A program made the position numbers and the translations under genes. A DNA stretch of 63,392 nt, the filler included, from Chiloscyllium plagiosum (taxonomy: Eukaryota): NCBI RefSeq assembly GCF_004010195.1. It is 5 parts of one record of this genome, joined end to end, with 100 filler letters (N's around TTAATTAATTAA, not from the genome) between each part and the next. Parts side by side here need not be neighbours in the genome. Positions count along the whole stretch, not along the records: positions 1 to 17,167 come from NC_057710.1; 4 more parts are not named here. One strand, given 5' to 3'. Below are positions 1 through 13,950 of this stretch, in pieces (positions within the stretch are counted from its first letter, which is position 1; each line of letters starts with the position of its first letter). The notes under the pieces were generated by a model. The model ran no database searches and was not told the origin of the DNA. It saw only the letters and a list, made by a program, of their open reading frames with translations.

Positions 1-710
1 TGCAGATGCTGGAGGTTAGAGTCAAGATCAGAGTAGTGTGGGAAAAACCAGCAGCTCAGGCAGCCTCTGAGGACCAGAAAAATTGATCTTTTGGGCAAAA
101 GCCCTTCATCGGGAATGAGGCTGGGAGCCTCGGGGATGGAGAGATAAATGGGTGGGTTTGGGGCTGGGGAGAATGATAGCTGAGAGTGCAATAGGTGGAT
201 GGAGGTGGTGGTAAAGGTGATAAGTCGGAGAGGAGGGTGGAGTGGATAGTGGGAAGGAAGATTGAGAGGTGAGACAGGTCATGAGGACGGTGCTGAGCTG
301 GAAGGTTGGAACTGCTGTAAGGTGGGGTGAGGGGAAGTAAGGAACCTGGTAAAACCCACCTGGATGCCATGGGGAAGATGGGTCCTGAGGCACAAGATAA
401 GGCGTTCTTCTTCCAGGCTTCAGGTTGTGAAGAAGTGGGGATGAAGGAGGTCCAGGACCTGCATGTCTTTAGCAGAGAGGGAGGGGGAGTTGACATGTTT
501 GGCAACGGGGCGGTGAGGTTTGATAGGTGCGTGTGTCCCGGAGATGTTCTCTACGGTGCGCTGCGAGAAGGGTTCCGGTCTCTTCATCGGGAGCAACAGA
601 TACAATAAATGATATGTGTGGAAGTCCAGGTGCAACTTGATGGATGTGGAAGGCTCCTTTGGGGTCTTGAATGGAGTTGGGGGATGCTGGAGGTATGGAT
701 GCCTGGAGAA
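1..710 (-). mobile_element. Penelope-like element 3' fragment (terminal repeat + degenerate GIY-YIG end)
   Basis: Same terminal repeat (gctggaaaa..cagcag.tcaggcagc..gggcaaaagcccttcatc) and degenerate GIY-YIG tail (PVAKH.NSPS.SAKDMQVL) as the copies at 22845-24831. Confidence 0.75.
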
Positions 711-2488
711 AGAACGTCTCATCTGTATGTACAAATAGACATGATGAGCACACCTCTGATATATGTAAATCTCTTTTTCCAGTATAGTGAAATGTGAGTC
801 ATCATGACTTTGTGAATTTTAGCTTACATTTGACTAATCTAAAAAAGCATTAACTGATAGACTTCAATAAGACTGCAGGCATATGAATTGAAACAGGCCA
901 TGACAAACCGTTCACTGTCGATCTTCTCGGAATCTATTTGTTGAGGATGACATTATTCTTCAACCTCTCTTCAAAGAGCTTTTTCAGATCTTCTAATGAA
1001 TCACATTCACACCTAGAAAGATGAGTCAGTAAGTAATCTATGATGGTGTAGCTCAGCTTCCATCATTTAAACTGATCGTAAAGCCAAGTGCCTCCAGTTT
1101 ATCAGTTGACACATGTATTGTGATGTTTGATATCACCGTGATAGACATTAAGATGGGGTCACATGCATTGTGATGGCACAGTCTGCACCCTCAGTTTAAT
1201 GACTCACATGGTGATAATATTTCATTTGGCAACACTTGAGCTTTCATTATAATTGAACAACAGAATTTTCGTAAAAGAATATAATTGCACAAAGGTGGTC
1301 AAATGCTCAGAAAATTGGATGGAATATGGAACATAAAAAACAATGAAATGAAAGGAAAATGAATGAATGTTTGAGTACAATAGAGAGCTGACTAAAAGCA
1401 AAAGACATAAAAAGTGTAGCTACTAAAACAAAATGCAGTAACGGTCCAATAGAAAATGAGTCAGGGTAGTTAATAGTGTAAAAGAAGGAGCTGAGAGATG
1501 AACTGAACCATTACTTACTGAGAACTCCCTCCCTACAGATAATAAATTCCCCGATTTAACCAACCGATTGTCATAAATAACGTTTAAAGCACATTAACCA
1601 GATTAAAATTAAACTTCAATTTTTGATGAATTATAATTGTAATTTACTGGCATTAACACATGTCAAATGTACCAAAGAGGCTCAGGTTCTGTTGGCACAG
1701 AGATCTAGACATTGTTTTATATAACTCTGTCCGTGGGTATGACATTGTGTTTGGGACATTTACATGTTGCGAAGTCAGCGACATGTTTAAGAGCTGTCAA
1801 CTCCACCCAGACAAATATGTCTGTATTGTGCATGTGAATTCAATATTCCAAATATGCTCACACACAGAAATTTGTTAACATTAGTAAAGTTTCCAACCCT
1901 GGTCACATTTGTGATAAGATTTAATATTTAATCAAATTAAAACATTTCTTCTGTATAACAATTCCAAACTGTTCATAATCTGATCACTTTTTCTTAACTC
2001 CAAAGTGGATGATATGCTGCTTCTTCTCATTAGACTTCATCTGCCATAGTCTGGCTCAACCAGACAAGTACAAATGACTGCATGCACCTGCACATTACTT
2101 CCTGTATCTCGCCTCATGGTGCCATCAGAAATCTCGGATATACAGCTCTCTCTAATCCTTCAACACATAACAGTTTACCAGGAACGTACACACCCTGTCA
2201 CTCAGAGCAAATCTTCTATTCTCAACACCCAGTGTCCTATTTAATTACTAACACATGTAACAACAATGTCCCCAGTTCCATACACCATCATATTGATTTA
2301 AAATCCAGTGAAGAAAGGGTTATAGAATGTTGATCAATTATTTAGTACTTCACTGGAACCTTGGAGAAATAGCAGTCAAGACAATGGCACTTTAAAAAGG
2401 GAGTGAGACAGACAATGGCAGCAAGCACATGGTGGGTGAGGGAGAGAGGAAAAGAAGCCCACACTGCTAACTGACACTGCAGTGAATC

Positions 2489-2732
2489 AAGGCAAAAATG
2501 AGAACTGCAGATGCTGGAGATCAGAGTCAAGATTAGAGTGGTGCTGGAAAAGCACAGCATGTCAGGCAGCATCCGAGGAGCAGGAAAACTGATGTTTTGG
2601 GCAAAATTCCTTCATCAGGAATGAGGCAGGAAGCTTCCGAGGTGGAGAGCTAAATGGGAGGAACTCGATTTTCCTGCTCCTCACATGCTGCCTGACCTGC
2701 TGTGCTTTTCCAGCACCACTCTCATCTTGTCA
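2489..2732. mobile_element. Short Penelope terminal-repeat insertion with inverted arms and 10-bp TSD
   Basis: TSD GCAGTGAATC at 2479-2488 and 2733-2742. Arms gtggtgctggaaaagcacagca... and ...gctgtgcttttccagcaccac are inverted copies. Confidence 0.75.
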
Positions 2733-4068
2733 GCAGTGAATCTGCGCAGTTCCTGCCTTTGCTGTTTGAATTCATGAATCATGAGAATTCGGAGTATGTC
2801 TAGAAAAAATTCACAAACAGTGAAATGCACAACTGACCTTGGAGGAACCTGTTTGTGAGAAGTCCCAGCACAGAAACAGAGAAGTGAATAGCTTTAGGTG
2901 TAACCTTGCTGTAATTCTACAATAGCGAGTAGAATGGGTTCTTTCTTGATTATATGTTTTTATTGGGATCTACCTCTTGATTAAATTTTAAAAATATAAG
3001 CCGTAATAATTAAGTTAACTTTGAGCACTGTTTTGTAGAGAAATGAGACGGTGCTATTTTCTGGGTCTGGAGATTGGAAGGAGCAAAACAGCCTTAAGTA
3101 AAGTAACATGCTGATTTGTCAGATGTGGGAGTTTTGAGAGAGTTTACGGGTTACTGAGGTTTCTATCTGCAATAAATCTGATTGTTTGCGAATCCTGTCA
3201 GATCAAATGGATCAGTTGGAGCAACAGTTAAAGGCAATGAGGAATTTACAAGAGCCAGGGGCTGTGATCGATGGCAGTTATAAGAAGGGTGAAAAGCTGC
3301 AAAGACAGTCAGACAGATTGGTTAACTCCAAGAAATGTAAGAGAGGTAGGCAGTCCATGCAGGAGTCTTCTGTGGCTATCCCCATTTCAAACAAGTATGC
3401 TGGAGAATGTAGGGCATGATGGATACTCAGGGGAATGTAGCACAAACAGGCAAGTTTCAGATATCAAGACAGGCTCTACTGTAATGAGGGGTACCAAGCC
3501 ATCGGTTGTGTTAGGGGACTGTCTTATCAAAGGCGTTTCCGCGCACAGCAGCGCAAAATCTGAATGGTGTGTTGCCTCCCTGGTGCCGACACCAAAGATG
3601 TCTCAGTGAGGGTGCAGAATGTTCTCAAAGGGGAGAGGGACTAGCAGGAGGTCATTGTACACATTGTAACTGACGACATAGGAAGGGAAAAGGATGAGAT
3701 TCTGGAAGGAGAATATTGAGAATTGGGCAGGAATTTAAAAAGGAGGTCCTCAAGTGTAGAAGAATCTGGATTACTCCCGGTGCTTTGAGCTAGTGAGGGT
3801 AGGAATAGAAAAGAATCGAGCAGATCTAACAATTGAAGTTCTAAATTACAGAGAGACTAATTTTGATGGTGTGAGGCAAGCACTTTCAAAAGCTGATTGA
3901 GAGCAGATGTTCACAGGTAAAAGGACAAGTGGAAAATGGGAAGCTTTTAGAAATGAGATAAAGAGAGTCCAGAGACAGTATATTTCTGTTAGCGTGAAAG
4001 GAAAGGCTGGTAGCTGCAGGGAATGCTGGATGACGAGAGTAATTAAGAGTATGATTAAGAAAAAGAAG

Positions 4069-7000
4069 GGGGACTCGGCAAGATGGCGGTGATTCTGTAG
4101 AACTGCTGTGGACAGCTCTGCCTAACAGCCAAGGCGTACTAGTGTCTTTTGCCAAAACCTGGCCAACTTATGTGGTGGAATTATTAGTTTAAAACCTGAC
4201 AGAACACATATTTGTTAATATTTGGGATTGGGAAGGATGCCAAGGGGAAAAGGATTGAGTAAACAGCAGCAGGGAAGACACTCCCCTGCAGCACCAAGCA
4301 TACCAGAGACCACAGCAACAGCAGACTCTCCTGACAACCCCCACCCGTCCCCCACCGGGGATGTGACAGACTCACAGGAATCCGCTGCGGCGATGGAGAG
4401 ACTGGCCTTGGACATTGGGGCTGCAATTAAGGAGATCCGTGAGGAGATTCGTGCCCAGATCCAACCGATCGTGTCCATGCTGCAGAAGCATGAGCAGGAG
4501 ATCCAGGGTCTTGGGGAGCGGCTGGAGGAATTGGAGGGTTGAACGCAGGCCTCAGAAGCTTCGATGGACTCCTCACCCAGTTGGATCCAGGTTCTGGAGC
4601 GAGATGTGCGGGCCTTGTGAGACCGTATCGATGACCTTGAAAATCAAGGTCGGAGAATACATCTCCAAATTGTCAGGCTCTCTGAAGGTGAGAAAGGTGA
4701 GCAGCCAGTCAGCTTCTTTGAAACCTGGCTGTTGAAGTTCTATGGCCTTCACATCGAGTCCAGCAGGCTGCAGATTGAAAGGGCTAATCGGGTTACAGTG
4801 CGCAGGTCAGGGCCGGTGCAGCGCCCCTGCCCACTCTAGTACATTTCCTCTCAAATAAGGAGAAGCAAAAAGTGATAGAAGCTTCTAGATTACTGGGAAA
4901 TGATCCGCAGGCACTGCTGTATAAGGGCTCAAAAATCATGTTTTTTCCAGGATTTCTCGGTAGCTTTAATTTGAAAGAGGAAGTCCTTCAATGAAGTTCA
5001 GAAGAGGCTGAGGAACCTGAGTATCCAGTTCTCCATGAGATACCCCGCAGTGCTTCACTTCAGCCATGAGGATTCAGGTTATACATTTGACTCAGTGGAT
5101 AAAGTTAAGAACTTTGTAGACACTTTAAAATAGACGGACTGGCCTGAAGAATACAGTTAATGTTTTGTTCTCGTTTCCTTCTCTCCCCATGATTTCCCTT
5201 CCTTTTTTTATTCATTACTTTCTCCCTAATAATTTCCATTCTGTAGAGTGGGAAAAGTACTTGGAATAAGTTGTTCCTTTTTTTAAATAACTGAATGTTC
5301 TGATGGGATATTTTGTGGTGTCCCCTTTTGTTTTGTTTGTTCTGTTTCTCTTTTAGTCGCAGGTAGCGGTGACATGAAGCCAGGGATGGGTGGAGTGCTC
5401 ATCCTGACTTTGTCGATTTTCTGTTGATTTCAGGATCATTTCCATGTTTTTTGTTTGACCTAAGGCTGGGACACCGTCCAGGTTTGAAGGAGCTGTGAAG
5501 GAGGGGATGGGTTGGTTGAGTGCCCGCAATGGGTAAGGGGAAGTGTCTTCCATTCAAGGTTTGTAAGGAGGGTTCTACCTCAGAGGGGTTCAACGGTCTC
5601 TGAAAGGGGATATAGCTAAGTATCTTTTTAAATGGTGCACCTGGAACATCAAGGGAAGTCATTCACCTTAAAAAAGGAAAAATGTGCTTTCCAGCCTTAA
5701 GAGGGAAAGGGTAGATATCACTTTGTTGCAGGAAATCGATCTTGAAGATGAGGAACACCTAAAATTTCAACAGGAGTGGGTATTCTTTGCATCCTTTACT
5801 ACTAAAAGTAGGGGAGTGTCGGTACTTATCCAGAAAAATCTTCCGTTCACATTGTTAGAGCAGGTGAAAGATGAGTGGGGACGGTTTGTGATACCTAAAG
5901 CCCTGTCCTCCACTGCATCTCCTCAAATTTTTGATTGTGCTTTCTCTAAGCTGAGTGCTTTTGGAACATGGCACATTATTGTACCAGGGATTTGAATTGT
6001 CTTTTGAATTCAACAGTGGATAGGATGCCTTGTGGACCCCCAACTATTAGTTTGCGGGCCAAGCAGGTGGCTGACTTATGCAAGGAGTTGGGGCTGATGG
6101 ATATTTGAAGATATTTTCACCTTACTGGCAGGAATATTACCTCTTTTCTAAGCCCACATAAATGTCACAAGAGGATTGATCTTTTTCTGGCTCCCTCAGC
6201 CCTTCTAGATTTGATTATGGGTTGTACAATTGGGAACATAACTATCTCAGATCATGCTGTGGAACACTTGGAGGTGAAGGCCAAGAGTGAGGGTTTATGT
6301 TTGCGACACTGGTGCTTGGACCCTTTTGTCCTTAAGCATTCAAAATTTGTGGAATACGTTTTGAAGGAATTTCAGGAATTCCAGACTATCAACTCAGGCA
6401 CGGCTAGTAGTCCATCTATGCTATGGGAGACCACTAAGGCCTTTGCTAGGGGATTAGCTATTTCCTCCGCGGCTAGCCGGAAACGACAGAAGGAGGAACA
6501 GCAGCGTCTACTTGAGACGCGGTTGAAAGCCGCCGAGGCGCCACATTTTGTGGGGCTTTCGGTGACTAAGCTACAGCGGGTCATGGCCCTCTGGGCTGCC
6601 TTGAATTCAATACTGACATAAAACGCAAAGAACCTGCTTTTGCTAGTCTAACGCTTTTTGAATATCGGGATAAATAGGCCAGGGACGTAATTAGCGTACC
6701 TGATGAGGAAAAAGCGTGCTCCCCTATCTGTTACCACAATCAGAGACAGCGCCAGGGTCCTTACATATGATGCTAAAAAGATTAATGAGGCTTTTACTCT
6801 GAATTGTATCAGTCTGAAGGTTGCGAGGACAGGAAGGCTAAAATGGAGACCTTTTTTAAGAACCTGGAACTCTCAGGGGTATCCTTGGAACAGGCCCCTC
6901 TCCTTAATTCCCCCTTGACAGTTCAGGAAACACAGGAGGCAACTAAGCAACTTCAGAGTGGGAAAGCGCCTGGCCCTGATGGTCTCCCGGGTGAGTTTTA

Positions 7001-8075
7001 TAAGGGGTTTATAGGCATTCTGTCAGGGTCAATGTTGGAGATGTACAATCACACCTATATGCATGAATGCCGACCAACATCTTTGAGAGAAGCGATTATT
7101 TCCTTAATTCTTAAGAAGGGGAATGCACCTAAGGATTGTACCTCATACAGGCCCATCGCTGTATTAAATTCAGAATTCAAGATTCTGTCCAAGATCCTGG
7201 TGCTGAGATTGTAAAAGACGTTGCCCCATATTCTTAAAGAGGACCAGACCGGCTTTATAATAATATTCAAAGGTGGCTGGATATGGTCCAAGTTTGTCAG
7301 TAACGATCTATTCAGGGTTCGGTGATTTCCTTTGATGCGGAGACTGCATTTGACCAGGGGGAATGGCCATATCTTTGTTATGTCTCAGAACAGTTTGGGT
7401 TGGGTGGGATCTTTGCTTGGTGGGTGGAGGTTTTACATCAGCATCCTCTGGCCGTGCTCATCCCCCACGGGGTGAAGCCTGGGAATTATACGATTGGTAG
7501 GGGTAGTCGGCAAGGCTGCCCCCTCTGACCATTGTTGTTTATGTTGGTGATAGAGCACATTCTCTTGGACCTTTTTACAAACATGGTACACCACACAACA
7601 GACCATTTTTATAAAACATGACAGCCCTGCTTGAGTTATTTGGATGTAGATTTGTCAGTTTTCTTAACGAGGGCATTTGTTTAACCAGGATGGGTTGGTT
7701 TGTCAAGCCTTGGATCCCGGAGGGGTTACTCCTGAGTTAATTCGTGTATGTTTACAATGCTCCCATGGTTTTATTTGGGAGCTTCATGCCGAGCATAACT
7801 GTTCTGTATTCTGTGTTTATTTGTGGCTTTTTTTTTGCTTTGCTTCCTTTTTTTTCATCGTAGCTACTAACTTATTTATTGACGTTGCTTTGTGCAGTGT
7901 TAGGGTTTGTTTTGGATTGTAGGGTAGGTTAGTAGTTAGTAGCTAGTATTTGTATTGTAATTTGTGTTTGATTTTTCTTTTTATTATACTGATGTTTGTT
8001 ATTGATTGTATTTTTCAATAATTTTATATGTTTGTAAAGTTAAAAATATTGTTAATAAATATATTTACAAAAAAA
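4069..8075 (+). mobile_element. L1-clade LINE, both termini intact, internally deleted, 12-bp TSD
   Basis: 5' end GGGGACTCGGCAAGATGGCGG. ORF1 remnants at 4222-5130. Endonuclease (ITLLQE, SRGV, SDHA) and RT (KAPGPDG, SYRPI, QGCPL) remnants. AATAAA at 8054-8059 followed by a poly(A) tail. TSD AAGAAAAAGAAG at 4057-4068 and 8076-8087, preceded by TT. Confidence 0.9.
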
Positions 8076-8153
8076 AAGAAAAAGAAGTAAGCATATGCCA
8101 GGTCTAGACATGACTGATTGAGAGAATCATTAGAAGAGTATAAAGGCAGTAGG

Positions 8154-8441
8154 TTAGATTACTTACAGTGTGGAAACAGGCCTTCGGCCCAACAAGTTCA
8201 CACCGACCATCCGAAGAACAACCCACCCAGACCGATTCCCCTTCACCTAACACTACGGGCAATTTAGCATGGCCAATTCACCTAACCTGCACATCTTTGG
8301 ACTGTGGGAGGAAACCGGAGAAAACCCACGCAGACACGTGGAGGATGTGCAAACTCCACACAGGCAATTGCCCGAGGCAGGAATTGAACCCGGATCTCTG
8401 GCGCTGTGAGGCAGCAGTGCTAACTACTGTGCCACTGAGCC
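8154..8441 (-). mobile_element. HE1-like tRNA-derived SINE with 8-bp TSD
   Basis: Minus strand reads a tRNA-like head (ggcacagtagttagcactgctgcctcacagcgccaga...gggttcaattcc), a V-SINE-like body and a ctaa tail. TSD GCAGTAGG at 8146-8153 and 8442-8449. Confidence 0.85.
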
Positions 8442-10329
8442 GCAGTAGGAGTATACTTAAGAGGAAAATCAGAAGAGCGAAAAGGATACATGAGATAGTT
8501 TGGCAAATAGGGTCAAAGAGAATCTAAAGAGCTTTTACAAATACATTGAGGACAAGGGTAACTAGGAGTCGAATATTGCTCGTCAAAGATCAGCAAGGCA
8601 GCCTTTGAGCCACAGGAGATGGGGGAGATAGTAAACAAATACTTTGCATCAGTATTTACTGTGAAGAACCATGGAGGATATACAATGTGGGGAAATAGAT
8701 GGTGACTTCTTGAAAAATATCCATCTTAAAGAGGTGCAAGTGCTGGATGTCTTGAAATGCAGAAAGGTGGATAAAGCCCCAGGACCTGATCAGGTGTCCC
8801 CTCAAACTCTCTGGGAAGCTAGGGAAGTGATTGCTGGGCCCCTTGCTGAGATATTTGTATCATTGGTAGTCACAGTTGATGTGCCAGAAGAGTGGAGGTT
8901 GGCTGATGTGGTACCATTATTTAAGAAAGGTGGTAAGGACAAGCCAGGGAACTACAGATATCAGTGGTGAGCAAGTTGTTGGAGGGAATTCCGAGGGACA
9001 GGATTTACATGAATTTGGAAAGGCAAAGACTGATTAGGGATAGTCAACATGGCTTTGTGCATGGAAAATCTTATCTCATGAATCTGATCGAGTTTTTTGA
9101 AAAAGTATCAAAGAGGATTGATGAGGGCAGAACGGCGGACATGATCTATGTGGACTTCAGTAAGGCGTTCAAAAAGGTTCCCCATGGGAGACAGGTAAGC
9201 AAGGCTTGGTCTCATGGAATACAGGGAGAGCTAGCCATTTGGATACAGAACTGGCTCAAAGGTAGAAAACAGAGGGTGGTGATGGTGGGTTGTTTCTCAG
9301 ACTGGAGGCCTGTGACCATTGCCACAAGAATCGGTGATGGAGCCACTACTTTTCGTTATTTCTTTCAATGATTTGGATATGACCATAGGAGGTATAGTTA
9401 GTAAGTTTGCAGATGACACCAAAATTGGAAGTGTAGTGGAAAACAAAGCAGGTTACCTCAGATCTCAATGGGATCTTGATCAGATGGTCCAATGGGGTGA
9501 GGAGTGGCAGATTGAGTCTAATTTCGATAAATGTGAAGTAATACATTTTGGGAAGGGAAATCTTTGCAGGACTATAACGTCCTACGGAATGTTGCTAAAC
9601 AAAGATGCCTTGGAGTCCAGATTCATAGCTCTTTGAAAGCAGAGTCGCAGGTTGATAAGATAGTGAAGAAGGCATTTGGTATCTTTCCCTTGTTTGTCAG
9701 AGCATTGAGTATTGGAGTTAGGAGGTAATGTTGTCGATGTACAGGACATTGGTGAGTCCACTTTGGGAATATTGTGTGCAATTCTGGTCTGCTTCCTCTC
9801 AGAAGGATGTAGTGAACCATGAGACAGTTCCAAAAAGATTGACAAGGATGTGGCCAGGATTGGAGGATTTGTGCTCAATGGAAAAGCTGAATACGCTGGG
9901 GCTAGTTTCCCTGGAGCACCAGAGGCTGAGGGGTGACCTTAAAGAGGATCATAAAATCATGAAGGGCTTGGATAGGGTAAATAGACAAGGTCTTTTCCCT
10001 GGGGTGGGAGAGTCCAGAACTAGAGGGAGTAGGTTTAGGGTGAGATGGGAAAGATATAAAAGGGACCTAAGGGGCAACATTTTCACGCAGAGAGTGATGC
10101 GTCTTTGGAAGGAGCTGCCAGACGAAGTCGTGGATGCTGGTACAATTGCGTTATTTAAAAAGCATCTGGATGCATATATGATTTGAAAGGGTTTAAAGGG
10201 ATATGGGCCAAGGCCTACAAATGGGACTCGATGAGGTTGGGATATCTGGTCGACATGGACAAGTTGGATCAAAGGGTCTGTTTCCATGCTGTACATCTCT
10301 ATGACTCTCTGAATCTACGACTCTGGGCA

Positions 10330-13300
10330 CAGGTGAAGTGCCAGATGACTAGAGGATAATTAATGGGGTTCCTTTGTTCAAGAAGGGCAGCAGGTATAGG
10401 CAAGGTCATTACAGGCCAGTAGGCTGACATCAATGTTCGGGAAAATATTTTTTTTTAAATTCTAAGGAACAGGATTATTCAACATTTGCAAAAGCAGCAA
10501 TAAATCAAGGGATAGTTGGCATGGATTTGTTGTAGAGAGATCTTGTCTGACTAATTTAATTGAGTTTTTGGTGATTAAATATATTGATGAGAGGAATATA
10601 GTTGTTGTAGTTTACATGGAATTCTGTAAGATGTTATTCATGTCCCACTCAGAAGGCTGGTCCAAAAGGCAAGAGTCCATGGGATCCAAGGCAATTTGGC
10701 AATCTGGGTCCAAAATTGGCTTCCAAATGGGTGGCAAAGGGTGAAGGTGGCGGGTTACGTTTGTGATTGGAAACCTGTAACCAGCCGTGTACCACATGGG
10801 TTGATGCTGCGACCATTTCTGTTTCTTATGCACGTTAATGACATGGATGTTAACATACAAGGGATAATTAGTGTTATGGCGCAAACCAAACCCTCTCAAA
10901 ATAAATAGCCCAGACCCTAACTTAATTATTTTATTTAGAAGGAAGTAGAAAGTGCTTTGTTCCAGATGTGATTCAACTGGTCCACGACAAGGCTTTAAGC
11001 AAATCACATTTTATTCTTGCAACACAGTGAAAACACAAAGAGAAGAAAAGAATTGGCATAACTTTAACTCTATTGAAATACTTAATCAAGCAATATATTA
11101 TTTAACTCCTAATCATCAACTCTTCCAATGTAACAAGATCCCATAACCACACCTTTCGCAAAGACAAATTCAGCAAAACAGGTTTTTCTCACATGCAATC
11201 TCCGTTCCAGTCCAGGAGATAGAAACACCAAAAGAAACATTCCAGCAGCAGTGAGACAACTCAAAGTTTTTATGCAGCAGACAGAGAGAGAGAGACAAAG
11301 TTGTATGTATCAACTTCAACAGCCAACTCCAAACCCCGAATGTTTGCAAAGCTAAAACCCCAGGTGTATCAAAGCCAGACACTCCACTCACTCATTTATT
11401 TTTGGCTAATTTAAGGAAAAGTACTCTGGGAACTCAATGCTGTTTACCTGTTTCTTCTGAAGCAGATAGTCCGTCATCAGTGGTAACACCTCCTTATCCT
11501 TATGAGAGAAATAGCACAGCAAATCTCTCTTAAAGGCACAGTACCATCACATGAGTAAGTGTGCACATAGCATGAAAATTGGAATTATTGCTGATAGTGA
11601 GGAAAGTAGTCTCAGAGTTTAGTCTAATATTTATCAGCTGGTAAATTGGTAGAGCAATGGCTGATGGCATTTAACCTGGATAAGTGCATGCGAATACATT
11701 TTGGGAGGGCTAATAAGGGAAGGATATACACAATCATTTGTGTTTGTATTAATCTCACTATATTTCTTTTAATAGACTCCCACTTTCCAAATGTAGATGT
11801 AACTGCAAGTAACTGCTTTCTGTTTATGTTTGCCAGATCTAATTGTCGACTGACACTGAAATTGGCCATCCCCCAATTTAGACACAACTTCTGCACTACA
11901 CTGATTGCTTTCGAAAATGACTTTGAAACCTGCAGAGCTCTAGTCAATATCCATAAAATGCTTGCCCACTGATACATAAACCAATAGGCCAGGTTCATTT
12001 CCTTGGATTATGTCTAGCACTGCCCATCTCTAGTAGGTCTATCTAAATGATCTCCTGAGGATCAAAGGGACCTTGATGTACAAGTCCATGAGTCCCTTAA
12101 GGTGTCAACAGAGGGAGACAAAATAGTGAAGATGACATATGGGATGTTGCCTTCATTAACTCAGGCATTAAATATAGAAGCAAGGAAGTTTTCTTCCAAC
12201 TTTATGAAACATTGCAGCCACAGAACTACCTGCGGTTCTGGTCACCACACTATTGGAAGAATCATTGAAGGATGCAGAGGAGATTAATGAGAATATTACC
12301 TTGGATGAAAAGTCTCAGTTATGGGTTTGTTTTCCTTGGAGCAGAAGAGGCTGAGGGGGAATCTTATAAATGTGAACAAAATTATGAGAGGTGTAGATAG
12401 GGTGGATCATGAGAATATTTTTACCCATAGCAGATGTGAGATCAGAGGGCCTTAGTTTAAGGTAAGGAGGAAGTGATGTAGAGGGGATTTGAGCAAGATA
12501 TTTTTCACTCAGAGGGTGGTAGATGTATGGAACGTGCTGCCTGAGATGATGGTGGATGCAGGTACTCTCACAACATTTTAGAAGCGTCTGGACATGCACT
12601 TACAATGCAGGATATAGTAATCTATGGACCAATTGCAGGGAAATGGGATTAGTGTAGTTTGGTGATTGTTGCTTGACACAGACATGATGAGCCAAAGGCC
12701 TGTTTCTATGCTTTATGACTCTATGACTCTAAATACTGGATACCAGCAAAGGACTAAATATTCAATGTTTGGAAAATTACAACAAAATCTAAGTTATTAT
12801 AACAAAACAAAACCTAAAATAAAACATTGGTCGGCCATAGATGATATACTACCTGCAGTTCTGGTCACCACACTATTGGAAGGATCATTCCAGAATGCAG
12901 AGGAGATTAATGAGGATGTTACCTTGGATGAAAAGTCTCAGTTATGAGGTGCGACTCATAGACTGGGTTTGTTTTCCTTGGAGCAGGAGAGGCTGAGGGG
13001 GAATAGTGAGTTGTGGAGAGGATGCAAGGAGGCTTTGGGGCAATTTAGACAAGTTGATATGTGGATAAACATATAACAGATGAAGTATTACATAAATAAA
13101 TGTGAAGTTATGTCCCTCTGTGGAAATAGAAAAGCTGAGTTTTATTTCACTGATAATATTTTGGGACATGCGGATATACAAAAGGACCTGGATGTTCTTG
13201 TACACCAGTCAATGAAAGCAAGCAATTAGGAAGGCAAGTTGGCCATCATTGAAAGAGAGTTTGAGTTCAGAAGTAGGAATGTTTTATTGATTTTTAGGAC

Positions 13301-13520
13301 CATATACCTGCAGTATTGTTTGTAGCTTTGGTTTCCCTCACTTGCCTGAGTGGAAAGCAGTGAAGGTTCGCTATCTTAATACCAGGAATGGTGGGACTAT
13401 AGTATTAGGAGAGATTGGTTTGTCTGAGCTTGCATTCACCAGAGCTGAAAAGAATAGGATAGGATCTGATTGAAATTTATAGAATAATAACAGGGCTGGA
13501 GAGACAAGATGCAGGATTTG
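10330..13520 (+). mobile_element. Degenerate CR1 ORF2/3'UTR fragments
   Basis: RT remnants (WVQNWL...QRV, WKPVTSRVPHG, FNLDKC..IHFG) and CR1 3' tail tatgactctatgactct at ~12713-12730. Confidence 0.75.
10872..11551 (-). mobile_element. Solo LTR (680 bp) nested in CR1
   Basis: Termini TGTTATGG...CCATCACA (7/8 inverted match), near-perfect 4-bp TSD TTAG/TGAG. It interrupts the CR1 RT sequence, which resumes after it. Confidence 0.7.
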
Positions 13521-13849
13521 ATAGAAAGTGAGAATTTTAAAATCAGGGTGTTACTTGGACAGGAGTTAAGTTAGGTGAAGGAGTTCAAAGGTAATAGGTG
13601 ATTGGAACTCAGAATAAGTGAAGGACACACACAGCAGAGTTTTAACAACCTCAAGTTTACAGAGTTTCCATTGAGATATACATGTAATTATCATGTGCTG
13701 ATTTTAAGCAGAAATATCACAAATCATCTCTGCAGGAAACCCATTCTCCCATGAAAATATCAGCTCAGCTGTCACATAGATTTACGCAAGTGAATTTATA
13801 ATAGATTTGTGTCCTAAAATTTAGGTGCAGTCAAACTGAAAGCCACCAT

Positions 13850-13950
13850 AGCTCTGAGGAAGAGTCATGCCAGACTCAAAGTGTTAACTCTGTTTCTTTC
13901 TGGACAGATGTTGCCAGACCTGCTGAGTTTCTCCAGCATTTTCATAGTTG
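13850..13950 (+). mobile_element. Short Penelope-type terminal-repeat fragment (another family; also ~36965-37095 and ~48400-48510)
   Basis: Shared text ...aactc...cagat..tgccagacctgctgagtttctccagca. This copy has a decayed hammerhead core CTGAGGA-A-GAGTC-loop-GACTC. Confidence 0.5.

Larger units (their letters stand above)
2340..10325 (+). mobile_element. Degenerate CR1-type LINE hosting nested insertions
   Basis: ORF1 remnants with an SGNH-esterase signature (VVLGD..., C.LPGA, VIVHI.T.DI) at ~3100-3830. ORF2 RT remnants at 8671-10186 (KAPGPD, VPLFKKGGKDKPGNYR, SQHGF, YVDFSKAF, FADDTK). CR1 3' microsatellite tail (tatgactc-like) at ~10297-10324. Confidence 0.85.

Noticed and set aside
80..115. 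Hammerhead-like cores at ~80-115, ~2590-2620 and 13854-13885
   Set aside because: Catalytic GAAA/CUGA positions are mutated, so these are treated as dead copies.
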